Source: an uncultured Solirubrobacterales bacterium (lineage in GTDB: Bacteria; Actinomycetota; Thermoleophilia; Solirubrobacterales; JBBDJG01). Taken from it: a stretch of DNA of 64,000 nt. The translations under genes were made by a program, and so were the position numbers. Positions within the stretch are counted from its first letter, which is position 1. The number at the start of each line of letters is the position of its first letter. Positions 1 to 9,503 of the stretch are shown here, one piece after another. The notes beneath the pieces are model-generated. The model made no database searches. It was given only the letters and a program-made list of their open reading frames with translations, and had not been told where the DNA came from. The stretch covers positions 127,044 to 191,043 of the forward strand of contig CAVXJX010000012.1 in NCBI GenBank assembly GCA_963762195.1. Direction: 5' to 3'.

Positions 1-298
1 GGAGGCCCTGCCTCCTCGCGGCGCTCGAAGCCAAGCTGCTCCAGGGAGCGTCGCGCCATGTGACGCAGCCAGGCCTCGGTCGCCGGGTCGCTCGCCAGCT
101 CGTAGAGGGGCATGACGCCGCTCTGGTCCCCGAGCTCCCCGAGTGCCTTCGCCGCCGCCCCCTGGACGGCCGGAGCCTCATCGCCCAGCGCTCGGATCAG
201 ATGCCGCGTGGCTCGCGGGTCGTGTGTCTCGCCGAGCGCACGCGCAGCCTCCTCGCGGATCCCGGGGTCATCCTCCGCGAGACGGACTGCAAGCTCTT
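1..298 (-). CDS. HEAT/PBS-lyase-like repeat protein (5' portion; runs off left edge; start codon unresolved)
   Basis: The minus-strand frame is open from ~302 to the window edge. It reads ...LAEDDPGIREEAARALGETHDPRATRHLIRALGDEAPAVQGAAAKALGELGDQSGVMPLYELASDP..., which are tandem HEAT-like repeats. It is absent from the ORF track because there is no stop in the window. No ATG/GTG is present near the 5' end. Confidence 0.4.
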
Positions 299-2157
299 CT
301 ACTTCAGCCGCTTCTCCAACTCCTCGAGCTGCTCGCGTAGCTCCTGCGGCAGGCGGTCGCCGAAGCGGGCGTAGTGCTCGTGGATCGTGGGCAGCTCCTG
401 GCGCATTCCGTCCGGGTCGACACGCAGCAACTCCGCCATGTCCTCGGGGCTAACGTCGAGTCCAGTCGTGTCGATGCCGCCGTCGGCGGGCACGAGCCCG
501 GCCGGCGTCTCGACAGCTTCGGCCGAGCCCTCGCAGCGACGGAAGATCCAGGCCAGCACGCGGCTGTTCTCGCCGAAGCCCGGCCACAGGAACTTCCCCT
601 CCTCGTCCTTGCGGAACCAGTTGACGTGGAAGAGCCTGGGCAGCTTGTCGGTGTTCCCCTCGCGACCGATCCGCAGCCAGTGCGCGAAGTAGTCGCCCAT
701 GTGGTAGCCGCAGAACGGCAGCATCGCGAACGGGTCGTAGCGCAGCTTGCCCGACGTCGCCTGATGCGGCGGCCGTGGTCTCGGACGACATGATCGATCC
801 CATGAAGACGCCGTGCTCCCAGTCGAACGCCTCGCGCACGAGCGGGACGTTCGTCGCGCGGCGCCCGCCGAACAGGATCGCGTCGATCGGCACGCCGGCC
901 GGGTCCTCCCATTCCTCGGCGATCGAGGGACACTGGCCCGCGGGAGTCGTGAAGCGCGCATTCGGATGTGCGGCCGGATGATCGGCGTCCGGCGTCCAGT
1001 CCTCACCGTGCCAGTCGATCAGCGTGCGCCGGCGGCTCCTTCGTCATGCCCTCCCACCAGATGTCACCGTCGTCGGTGCGCGCCGTGTTCGTGAAGATCG
1101 AGCACTTGCGGATCGTTGCCATCGCGTTCGGGTTCGTCTTCTCACCCGTGCCCGGAGCGACTCCGAAGAAACCCGCCTCCGGATTGATCGCGTAGAGGCG
1201 GCCGTCCGGGCCGAACTTCATCCACGCGATGTCGTCGCCGATCGTCTCGACCTTCCACCCCGGCAGTGTCGGGATCAGCATCGCGAGGTTTGTCTTGCCG
1301 CATGCCGACGGGAAGGCACCCGTGACGTACTTCGTGTCGCCTTCCGGCGAGGTGAGCTTCAGGATCAGCATGTGCTCGGCCATCCAGCCTTCGTCGCGCG
1401 CCATGATCGACGCGATCCGCAGCGCAAAGCACTTCTTCCCGAGCAGCGCGTTGCCGCCGTAGCCCGAGCCGTAGGACCAGATCTCGCGGCTCGCCGGGAA
1501 GTGCACGATGTACTTGTTCGTCTCGTCGCACGGCCACGGCACGTCCTCGCGCCCGTCCGCGAGGGGATAGCCGACGGAGTGCAGGCACGGCACGAACTCG
1601 CCGTCCTCGCCGAGCACCTCCAGCGCTCCCTTGCCCATGCGGGTCATGATCCGCATGCTGACCGCGACGTACGCCGAGTCTGTGATCTGCACGCCGATGT
1701 GTGCGATCGGAGAGCCCAGCGGGCCCATGGAGAACGGCACCACGTACATCGTGCGGCCCTGCATCGAGCCGCGGAAGAGGTCCTTGAGCGTCTCGCGCAT
1801 CTCGTCCGGATCGCGCCAGTTGTTGGTCGGGCCGGCGTCGGCCTCGCGCTCGGAGCAGATGAACGTGCGGTCCTCGACACGCGCCACATCGCCCGGATCG
1901 GAGCGGGCGAGATAGGAGCCCGGGCGCTTGGCGTCGGACAACGTCTCGAAGGTGCCCAGATCGACGAGCCGCTGACAGAGCGCGTCGTACTCCTCGCCGG
2001 TGCCGTCGCACCAGTGGATCTCGCTGGGCTGGGTCAGGGCCGCGACCTCCTCCACCCAGGCCTTCAGGCGCGAATTGTTCGTCGGGGCTTCCTGCTGCGT
2101 TGTCGCGGTGCTCTCACTCAAGAAAACAGGCTCCTTTGTTGCTGCTGAGGCGGCCAT
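299..2157 (-). pseudogene. pckG: phosphoenolpyruvate carboxykinase (GTP), two frame breaks
   Basis: Pieces in three frames (1003..2157, 450..893 frame, 299..1006 frame) join into one GTP-PEPCK. Motifs include ...[15 protein letters not shown]..., [32 protein letters not shown] and [26 protein letters not shown]. The breaks at ~1023 and ~750 are each repaired by deleting 1 nt. Confidence 0.9.
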
Positions 2158-2195
2158 TCTGCCGCATACACGTCGTTGATTGCGGAATCGGCGGG

Positions 2196-2717
2196 TCAGT
2201 CGCCGGGTGACCTGCGGGGAACCAGCACCGCGCGACGAAAGGTCGCGACGAGCTCGTTGCGCTGGTTGTAGACGTCGGTCCGAACCTTGACCACGCCCCT
2301 GTCGGGCTTCTTGGAGGTCCTCACCTCGAGTACCTCCGACTCCGCGTACAGGGTGTCCCCATGGAACACGGGTGCCGGGTGCGTCAGCTCCTCTGTGGCG
2401 AGGTTGGCGATCGCCTTGCCCGAGACGTCGGCGACCGACATGCCGAGCGCGAGCGAGTAGACCAGGGGGCCGACCACCACGTTCCTGCCCTGCTGTGACT
2501 GCGCGGCGTACACGTCGTTGAGGTGCAGCGGATGGTGGTTCATCGTGATCAGGCAGAACAGGTGGTCGTCCGCCTCGGTCACTGTCTTGGCCGGCCAGTG
2601 CTTGTAGACGGCGCCCTCCTCGAAGTCCTCGAGGTAGCGACCGTAGGGCCGCGCTCCCGAGGCCTCGCGCGAGGCCTGATCGAACGTCGTGCCCTGCTGC
2701 GTGTCCGTCTCTGCCAC
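2196..2717 (-). CDS. MaoC-family (R)-specific enoyl-CoA hydratase/dehydratase (hot-dog fold)
   Basis: Intact 173-aa ORF with ...[20 protein letters not shown]...[16 protein letters not shown]...[14 protein letters not shown]...GVVKVRT, typical of single-domain MaoC dehydratases. Confidence 0.8.
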   Translation of the reverse strand: MAETDTQQGTTFDQASREASGARPYGRYLEDFEEGAVYKHWPAKTVTEADDHLFCLITMNHHPLHLNDVYAAQSQQGRNVVVGPLVYSLALGMSVADVSGKAIANLATEELTHPAPVFHGDTLYAESEVLEVRTSKKPDRGVVKVRTDVYNQRNELVATFRRAVLVPRRSPGD

Positions 2718-2721
2718 TGGG

Positions 2722-3153
2722 TTAGAGCCTCCGTTTCTTGATCTTCTGCCGTTGCTCGTGGCGCTCTATGACCTTACCGATGAGCTTCAGGATGTCGTCT
2801 TGCCCGGCGACTCGCACGTATCCGTTCTCGTACGCGTCACGCCAGTGCTGCAGGCGCCCGTCCTTGGCCAGCTCGTTGAAATGCGAGCGCGGCGCGACCA
2901 CCATCACCTTCGCATCGCCGGCCGGATCCTTCTTGATGTCGATCTGCGGGAACTCGACCCGCCACGTCTGCGACTCGCGGCGCGCACGAAGGTCGAGGCG
3001 AATCACCAGACTCAGCTGCTTGAGCGCGGGAAGCTCGTCGAGAAAGCGCCGGGCTCCCTCCTCGATCAATTTCTGCGTGTCCGATGACACAGGGCCGGAA
3101 GGGTATCCGAGCCTCGGCGGACGCCACCGACTCGATCCGGCGATATCCTGCAC
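2722..3153 (-). CDS. hypothetical protein, weakly SCP2/lipid-carrier-like
   Basis: 143-aa ORF with a GTG start at 3153 and an alternative GTG at 3099. It lies 4 nt upstream of the MaoC gene. The C-tail is basic (ERHEQRQKIKKRRL). The family call is only a weak pattern impression. Confidence 0.4.
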   Translation of the reverse strand: MQDIAGSSRWRPPRLGYPSGPVSSDTQKLIEEGARRFLDELPALKQLSLVIRLDLRARRESQTWRVEFPQIDIKKDPAGDAKVMVVAPRSHFNELAKDGRLQHWRDAYENGYVRVAGQDDILKLIGKVIERHEQRQKIKKRRL

Positions 3154-3157
3154 CTAG

Positions 3158-3637
3158 ATGTTCAACAAGGAGAAGCGACAAGAAAAGCGCGAGCGGCGTG
3201 AGACCGTGAAGGCGGAGCTCAAGAGGCAGATCAAACCCCGCGAAACCTACTCGGAGCGTATGGCGGGGAAGGAAAAGAGCGAGCAGCGCAGGCCAACGAA
3301 GCCAGACGCCGGGGCGTCGCCAAGGCGCACCTGACCGCGCTCCACAGCGGGAATCCCAGCAAGGATGTGGTGCAGCTGGGCTCCGACCTGCTCTACCTCC
3401 CGGCGCTCTCGAACCTTCAGTTCCAGATCCAGGACCAGCTGACATCCAGTGAGAAGGTGCTACACTCGCTGGACGGTCTACGGCAAGCACGACAAGGAGT
3501 TCCTGGGAATGGCTCCGACCAACCGCGACGTTCAATTCAGCGGGGTATCGATCAGCTTGCTGACCGACGACGCGGTCACCCAGGAGGTCCACTTCTGGGA
3601 CATGGTGGCCCTGCTGCAGCAGATCCAGGCGCCCTAG
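3158..3637 (+). pseudogene. SnoaL/ester-cyclase-like protein with Lys/Arg/Glu-rich N-terminal segment, frame-broken
   Basis: ATG 3158 opens MFNKEKRQEKRERRETVKAELKRQ... (58 codons). The frame of ORF 3367.. gives ...HLTALHSGNPSKDVVQLGSDLLYLPALSNLQFQIQDQLTSSEKV. ORF 3449..3637 gives YTRWTVYGKHDKEFLGMAPTNRDVQFSGVSISLL...HFWDMVALLQQIQAP*. The break at ~3460 is repaired by deleting 1 nt. The join at ~3290 is uncertain. Confidence 0.45.
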
Positions 3638-3675
3638 AGTTGGGACGACCCGGTCGTGGGCTTACCCACGACCGG

Positions 3676-4885
3676 CTAGATCTTGTGGCGCTCCAGCAGC
3701 TTCTTGCCGATCACCATGCGCTGGATCTCGGAGGTGCCCTCACCGATCAGGAGCAGCGGCGCGTCGCGGTACAGGCGCTCGATCTCGTACTCCTTCGAGT
3801 AGCCGTAGCCACCGTGGATGCGGAAGGAGTCCTCGACGACCTCCTTGCCGGCCTCTGACGCGAAGAGCTTTGCCATGCCGGCCTCGACGTCGGAGCGCTG
3901 GCCCGCATCCTTCATGCGGGCCGCCTTGAAGGTCAGCAGGCGAGCGGCCTCGACCTTCGTCGCCATGTCCGCGAGCTTGAACTGGATCGCCTGGTGCTGG
4001 GCGATCGGCTTGCCGAAGGTCTTGCGCTCCTGGGAGTAGCGCAGCGCCAGCTCGAGCGCGCGCTGGGCGATGCCGACGCCGCGCGCCGCGACGTTCACGC
4101 GCCCGACCTCGAGCGCGTCCATCATCTGGCGGAAACCCTGTCCGAGCCCGGCCTCCTCCCCGCCGAGGATCCGGTCCGGCGAGCAGCGGTAGCCGTCGTA
4201 CACGAGCTCCGTGGACTCGACGCCCTTGTAGCCCATCTTCTTGATCTTGGGCGGGATCACCAGACCGGCGTAGTCCCCTGAGTTCTCGGCCGTCCCCGGC
4301 TCCTTCTCCGTGATGAAGCAGGTCATCCCCTTGTAGGGCGGGTCTGCCTTCGTGTCGTTCTTCATCAGCACGAACACGACGCCGGACAGCAGGCCGTTGG
4401 TGACCCACATCTTCTGGCCGTTCAGGACCCAGGCGTCGCCATCCTTGGTCGCGGTCGCCTTGATGCCCTGCACGTCGGAGCCGACCTCGGGCTCGGAGAG
4501 CGAGAAGGCAGCGCGCAGCTCACCGGTCGCCATCTTCGGCAGGAAGTGCTCCTTCTGCTCGTCGGTCCCGAACTTCATCAGCAGGTAGGAGCCGATGAAG
4601 TGGGTGTTGACGACGCCTGAGATCGAGATCCAGCCGCGCGAGAGCTCCTCGACGATCATCGCGTACGTCGTCAGGTCGAGCCCCATCCCGCCGTACTCCT
4701 CGGGGATCGTGACGCCGAACAGCCCGAGCTCCTTCATCTGCTCCACGATCGGCTCGGGGAACTCGTCCTCGTGGTCGTAGTGCTCGGCGTTCGGGAGGAT
4801 CTCCTTGTCGACGAAGCTGCGCACCATCTCGGTGATCGCGCTTCTGCTCGTCGGTTCTGTCCAGAAGCTCGGGGGCTACGGCCAT
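3676..4885 (-). pseudogene. acyl-CoA dehydrogenase, one 5'-proximal frame break
   Basis: The 383-aa ORF is a typical ACAD (...LSEPEVGSDV...WVTNG...IHGGYGYSKEYEIERLYRDA...). The expected N-terminus [15 protein letters not shown](A)ITEMVRSF is split between the 4885 frame and the 4827 frame. Deleting 1 nt at ~4841 restores it. Confidence 0.85.
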
Positions 4886-4936
4886 CTCGTTGACTCCCTA
4901 ATCGGTTTCGGTGCCAGAAGGATATCCTTCGCCGCC

Positions 4937-5986
4937 ATGCGCAACCCGCGGGACTTCTTCCAGCCCCTCGCCGTCGGCGCGCCGGACCCGATCATCGAGA
5001 TCCCGTTCCGGCCGTCGCGGATGATCCATTTCTTCGACGCCTCCAACGAGAAGATGGCGGCGAAGGTGCCGGACATGGCCAAGCAGGCGGACATCCTGCT
5101 CGGCAACCTCGAGGACGCGGTGCCGGTCGACCGCAAGATCCCGGCACGGGAGGGCCTGATCCGCGTCGGCAAGGCGGTCGACTTCGGCGACACGCAGCTG
5201 TGGACCCGGGTCAACAGCCTCGACAGCCCCTGGGTGCTCGACGACCTCACGCAGCTCGTCACCGAGATCGGCGACAAGCTCGACGTGATCATGATTCCGA
5301 AGGTCGAGGGGCCGTGGGACATCCACTACGTGGACCGGCTGCTCGCGCAGCTCGAGGCCAAGGCCGGCCTCCAGAAGCCGCTCCTGGTCCACGCGATCCT
5401 CGAGACCTCGCTGGGCGTCGTGAACCTCGAGGAGATCGCCACCGCCAGCCCGCGCATGCAGGGCATGAGCTTCGGTCCCGCCGACCTGGCCGCGTCGCGG
5501 CGGATGAAGACGACGCGCGTCGGCGGCGGCCACCCCGGCTACCGCGTGATCGAGGATCCCGACCCGGACAACCCCGACGCGCCGCGCGCGACCGCGCAGC
5601 AGGACCCGTGGCACTACTCGATCGCGCGCATGGTCGACGCATGCACGTCGGCCGGCATCCTGCCCTTCTACGGGCCCTATGGCGACATCAAGGACGTGCA
5701 AGGCTGCGAGACGCAGTTTCGCGCGGCCTTCCTGCTCGGCTGCGTCGGCGCCTGGTCGCTGCACCCGGTCCAGATCGAGATCGCGAAGAAGGTCTTCAGC
5801 CCGCCGGCCGACGAGGTCAAGTTCGCGAAGAAGGTGCTGGAGGCGATCCCCGACGGCGCCGGCGTGCACATGATCGACGGCAAGATGCAGGACGACGCCA
5901 CCTGGAAGCAGTGCAAGGTGATGGTCTCGCTGGCGGAGATGCTTGCGAAGAAGGACCCGGAGCTGGCAGAGGCGTACGAGCTTTGA
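4937..5986 (+). CDS. mcl: L-malyl-CoA/beta-methylmalyl-CoA (citramalyl-CoA) lyase-type HpcH/CitE-family lyase
   Basis: ATG 4937 gives 349 aa: [19 protein letters not shown]...LGNLEDAVP...[14 protein letters not shown]...[21 protein letters not shown]...DPWHY...[10 protein letters not shown]...[14 protein letters not shown]. Length and motifs match the long Mcl type recalled from Chloroflexus/Rhodobacter. The 44 upstream codons of ORF 4805 lack family signal. Confidence 0.8.
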   Translation: MRNPRDFFQPLAVGAPDPIIEIPFRPSRMIHFFDASNEKMAAKVPDMAKQADILLGNLEDAVPVDRKIPAREGLIRVGKAVDFGDTQLWTRVNSLDSPWVLDDLTQLVTEIGDKLDVIMIPKVEGPWDIHYVDRLLAQLEAKAGLQKPLLVHAILETSLGVVNLEEIATASPRMQGMSFGPADLAASRRMKTTRVGGGHPGYRVIEDPDPDNPDAPRATAQQDPWHYSIARMVDACTSAGILPFYGPYGDIKDVQGCETQFRAAFLLGCVGAWSLHPVQIEIAKKVFSPPADEVKFAKKVLEAIPDGAGVHMIDGKMQDDATWKQCKVMVSLAEMLAKKDPELAEAYEL

Positions 5987-7185
5987 GGTTCTTCGAGTAC
6001 GAAGCACGCGAGATCGTCAAGCGCGCCGGGATCCCGGTGACGAAGTACGGCTTCGCCCAGACGGCCGACGAGGCGCGGAAGATCGCCGAGGACATCGGCG
6101 GCCCGACCGTGATCAAGTCCCAGGTTCTGACGGGTGGGCGCATGAAGGCCGGCGGCGTGAAGTTCGCCGACACACCCGATGAGGCGGCCGCGCACGCCGA
6201 GGACATCCTCAAGCTCGAGATCAACGGCCACATGCCGCGCGGCGTGCTCGTCGACCCGAAGGCGCAGCTCAAGCAGGAGTACTACGCCGGTGTCGTGTGG
6301 GACGGCGTCCGCAAGAAGCCCGCGATGCTCTTCAGCGACATGGGCGGCATCGACATCGAGGAGGTCAACGAGCAGCACCCCGATCGCGTCGGGCGCGCGC
6401 ACCTCTCGAACCTGGTCGAGGCCCCGGACTTCCGTGCGAAGGAGGTCATCGCCCAGACCGGCGTGACCGGGCGCCAGCTGACCCGCGCGACTCCGATCCT
6501 GGCGCGCCTGGCGCGCCTGTTCAGCGAATACGACATGACGCTCGCCGAGATCAATCCGCTCGGCGAGCTCGAGGACGGCAGCTTCGTCGCTCTCGACGCG
6601 CACATGGAGATGGAGAACGAGGCACGGCCCCGCCAGAAGGCACTGCTGAAGGAGCTCGGTGTCGGCGACGAGGAGACACGCGAGGCCCGCGAGGCCACCC
6701 CGTTCGAGATCGCCGGTGAGGAGGTCGACGCCATGGACCATCGCGGCGTGGCCGGCAACGTGACGGAGTTCGACGGCAACCTCGGCCTCGTGATCGGCGC
6801 CGGCGGCGGGAGCCTCACCCTGTTCGACGCGGTGCGCAAGTACGGCGGCAAGCCCGCCAACTACTGCGAGATCGGCGGCAACCCGTCCGTCGCCAAGGCA
6901 GCGGGACTCGCGAAGCTCGTGCTCTCGAAGCCCGGCGTGGACAAGATCGCCGTGATGATGAGCATCGTGTCCAACACGCGTGTCGACATCGTCGCGCGCG
7001 GCGTCGTGAAAGCGTGCCTCGAGCTCGGGTTCGATCCTGCGGAGAAGATCGCGATCTTCCGCATCCCCGGCGCGTGGGAGGACGAGGGCTTCAAGATTTT
7101 GGAGAAGTACGGTGTGGAGTACTGCGACCGCTCCGTTTCGATGCACGAAGCGGCGCGGCGGGCTGTGGAGAAGATTCCGGCGTGA
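5983..7185 (+). CDS. ADP-forming acyl-CoA ligase, ATP-grasp beta subunit (ACL/citryl-CoA-synthetase-like rather than canonical SucC)
   Basis: TTG 5983 overlaps the mcl stop (TTGA). Motifs: [18 protein letters not shown]..., [61 protein letters not shown]. The first ~260 codons of ORF 5200..7185 are an out-of-frame shadow of mcl. Confidence 0.8.
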   Translation: MRFFEYEAREIVKRAGIPVTKYGFAQTADEARKIAEDIGGPTVIKSQVLTGGRMKAGGVKFADTPDEAAAHAEDILKLEINGHMPRGVLVDPKAQLKQEYYAGVVWDGVRKKPAMLFSDMGGIDIEEVNEQHPDRVGRAHLSNLVEAPDFRAKEVIAQTGVTGRQLTRATPILARLARLFSEYDMTLAEINPLGELEDGSFVALDAHMEMENEARPRQKALLKELGVGDEETREAREATPFEIAGEEVDAMDHRGVAGNVTEFDGNLGLVIGAGGGSLTLFDAVRKYGGKPANYCEIGGNPSVAKAAGLAKLVLSKPGVDKIAVMMSIVSNTRVDIVARGVVKACLELGFDPAEKIAIFRIPGAWEDEGFKILEKYGVEYCDRSVSMHEAARRAVEKIPA

Positions 7186-7188
7186 GCT

Positions 7189-7232
7189 ACGCGGTTCGCA
7201 GTTACGCAGTTACGCAGTTACGCAGTTCGCAG
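7189..7232. repeat. 8-bp tandem repeat (CGCAGTTA x3 perfect, flanked by degenerate copies) in the inter-subunit spacer
   Basis: The sequence reads acgcggtt cgcagtta cgcagtta cgcagtta cgcagttc gcaggtgc. It lies between the beta-subunit stop (7185) and the alpha-subunit GTG (7244). Confidence 0.85.
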
Positions 7233-7243
7233 GTGCGTGCTTC

Positions 7244-8167
7244 GTGAGCATTCTCATCGATGCGAACACCACCTTCATCGTGCAGGGCATTACTGGGCGT
7301 GAGGCCGTGAACCTCACTCGCGAGTGCCTCGACTACGGTGCGGGGGCGAAGGTCGTGGGCGGGGTCACTCCTGGGCGCAAGGGGCGCGACGTGCACGGCG
7401 TGCCGGTGTTCGACACCGTCGAGCAGGCCGTCGAGCACCACGGTGCGCCGATTCAGGGATCCGTCGTCACGGTCCCCCCCGCCTTCACCAAGGACGCGGT
7501 CTTCGAAGCGCTCGAGCACGGCATCGAGCTGATCGTGATCGTCACGGAGCGAATCCCGCGGCGCGACGTCGCGCAGATGGTGGAGCTCGCATCGCAGAAG
7601 GATGCCCGCATCATCGGCCCCAACTGCCTCGGCGTGATCGTGCCGGACGTGGTCAAGATGGGCGGAATCGGCGGGCCCGCCAAGGACGCGGCCAAGGCCT
7701 ACACGCCAGGATCCGTGGGAGTGATGTCGCGCAGCGGCGGGATGACGACCGAGATCTCGAGCACGCTCACCGCCGCCGGGCTCGGCCAGTCCACGGCCGT
7801 GTCGATCGGCGGCGACGCGATCATCGGCTCCACCTACACCGAGCTGATGCCGCAGTTCGAGGCCGACGAGCAGACGCAGGCAATCGTGATCTACACCGAG
7901 CCGGGCGGACGCATGGAGGCCGAGCTTGCAGAGTACGTGACCGCGACCTCCAGCCGCCTCCCGATCGTCGCGTTCATGGCCGGCAAGTTCATGGACGAGA
8001 TGCCCGGGATGAGCTTCGGGCATGCGGGCACGATCGTCGAGGGCAAGGCCGACACGGCCACCGAGAAGATCGCGCGCCTGCGCGAGGCGGGTATCGCCGT
8101 GGCGGAAGAGATCGCCGAGATCCCCGGCCTCGTGAAGGACCGGCTCGGACAGCAGGTCGCCTCGTGA
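7244..8167 (+). CDS. ADP-forming acyl-CoA ligase, CoA-binding alpha subunit (SucD/ACL family)
   Basis: GTG 7244 gives VSILIDANTTFIVQGITGREA...GGVTPGRKG...IGPNCLGVI...SRSGGMTTE...IGGD...MSFGHAGTIV (phosphohistidine loop). 307 aa. Confidence 0.85.
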   Translation: MSILIDANTTFIVQGITGREAVNLTRECLDYGAGAKVVGGVTPGRKGRDVHGVPVFDTVEQAVEHHGAPIQGSVVTVPPAFTKDAVFEALEHGIELIVIVTERIPRRDVAQMVELASQKDARIIGPNCLGVIVPDVVKMGGIGGPAKDAAKAYTPGSVGVMSRSGGMTTEISSTLTAAGLGQSTAVSIGGDAIIGSTYTELMPQFEADEQTQAIVIYTEPGGRMEAELAEYVTATSSRLPIVAFMAGKFMDEMPGMSFGHAGTIVEGKADTATEKIARLREAGIAVAEEIAEIPGLVKDRLGQQVAS

Positions 8168-8400
8168 GCACCGCCGCGCTCACGTCGCTGTTCATCGACG
8201 TCGAGGTCGACGACGCGGTCGCCAGCGATCCTGAGCTTGCGCGCAAGCTGACCGAGGTGTGCCCGGTGGACATCTATGCGCAGAACGACGACGGGACACT
8301 GAGGATCGTCGAGGAGAACCTCGACGAATGCGTGCTCTGCTACCTGTGCGTGGAAGCCGCGCCCGAGGGGACAGTCCGCATCATCAAGAAATACGAGTAG
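8164..8400 (+). CDS. small ferredoxin-like protein (single Cys cluster motif)
   Basis: GTG 8164 overlaps the alpha-subunit stop (GTGA). 78 aa with ...EVCPVDIY...ECVLCYLCVEAAPEG..., i.e. CxxCxxC plus a remote CP. The rest of ORF 7324..8400 is shadow. Confidence 0.55.
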   Translation: MSTAALTSLFIDVEVDDAVASDPELARKLTEVCPVDIYAQNDDGTLRIVEENLDECVLCYLCVEAAPEGTVRIIKKYE

Positions 8401-8405
8401 CTGCG

Positions 8406-9503
8406 ATGCGCGCGCTCGTGCGTGATGCGATGAGCCGGGACTCCCCGCAGCTGAGGGCCGAGACGAGCGTCGTCGAGGCAGCGGCACTGCTGTGGGCGAA
8501 GGGCTGGATGCCGATCCCCGTGATCGAGACGGATGACCGGGTCGCGGGCGCGCTGTCGAGCAACGACATCGTGCGCGCTGTCGCCCAGAGGCTGGACCTC
8601 GAGCGAACCCCGGTCGGCCGGATCGCCACCACCGAGCTTCCACAGGTCGGACCCGACGACCCCCTCGCGGACGGGGCGGCGGCCATGGCGACGACGGGCC
8701 AGGCGATCGTACTGGTGATCGAGGACTCGCGGCTCGTCGGTGTCCTGACCCACACCGACCTGGAAGGGCGTGAGCTGATCGCTGCGACGCTGGGCCCCGT
8801 GGGTGCGCAGGTGATCACGGAGATCTCGCCCAACGACATCATGTATGCCGGCAGCTGGGGTGCGTACGCATACGCCGGGGTGACCGCGGTGCAGTGCATC
8901 CGCGAGGTGCTCGCCAAGCTCGATCGCCCGGATCCGTCCAGCATCCTCGACCTCCCGTGCGGACACGGACGGGAGCTGCGCTTCCTGCAGGTCGCTTACC
9001 CGGACGCGAGCATGGCGGCTTGCGACATCGACGAGGACGGCGTCGAGTTCTGCGCACGCGTCTTCGGAGCGCATCCGATCGTCTCGCACGAGGATCCGGA
9101 CGAGGTGTCCTTCGACCGGCGCTACGAGCTCGCCTGGTCCGGATCGCTGTTCACTCACCTGTCCGGCGATCGATGGCCAGGGTTCCTCGAGCTGTTCGCG
9201 CGCTCGCTCGTGCCCGGCGGGCTCGTGCTCTTTACAGCGAACGGTTTCCTGCCGGCGGAAATGCTGCGCAACCTTGGGCTCAGCCCCGACGATGTGGACC
9301 GGCTGCTGGACGACTTCAAGCGCACGCACTTCGGGTACGTGGACGTGGGTGACGGCAGCTGGGGCCTCTCGCTCGCGCGGCCGCGCTGGGTGAAGGAGCA
9401 GATCGAACGCTCGCCACTCGAGCTCGTGTCATACGAGCGCGGGGCATGGAAACCGCCGGTTCCCGCTCAGGACGTGCTGGTCTGCACCCTGCCGGCATCG
9501 TGA
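8406..9503 (+). CDS. CBS-pair domain fused to class I SAM-dependent methyltransferase
   Basis: ATG 8406. The N-terminal ~130 aa form two CBS-like units (...VVEAAALLWAKGWMPIPVIE..., ...QAIVLVIEDSRLVGVLTHTDL). The C-terminal part carries ILDLPCGHGRELRFL...DID...LVPGGLVLF, a Rossmann methyltransferase motif I/post-I pattern. Confidence 0.7.
   Translation: MRALVRDAMSRDSPQLRAETSVVEAAALLWAKGWMPIPVIETDDRVAGALSSNDIVRAVAQRLDLERTPVGRIATTELPQVGPDDPLADGAAAMATTGQAIVLVIEDSRLVGVLTHTDLEGRELIAATLGPVGAQVITEISPNDIMYAGSWGAYAYAGVTAVQCIREVLAKLDRPDPSSILDLPCGHGRELRFLQVAYPDASMAACDIDEDGVEFCARVFGAHPIVSHEDPDEVSFDRRYELAWSGSLFTHLSGDRWPGFLELFARSLVPGGLVLFTANGFLPAEMLRNLGLSPDDVDRLLDDFKRTHFGYVDVGDGSWGLSLARPRWVKEQIERSPLELVSYERGAWKPPVPAQDVLVCTLPAS

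Noticed and set aside
5200-5982. A 5' extension of the ligase beta-subunit ORF (661 aa) overlapping mcl.
   Set aside because: The extension is Arg-rich shadow of the mcl frame. The family-typical N-terminus (M)[11 protein letters not shown] starts at TTG 5983, overlapping the mcl stop.
7189-7232. Whether the 8-bp tandem repeat is a CRISPR array or mini-array.
   Set aside because: The units are contiguous with no spacers and only 8 bp long, and there are no cas genes. It is a simple microsatellite-type tandem repeat.
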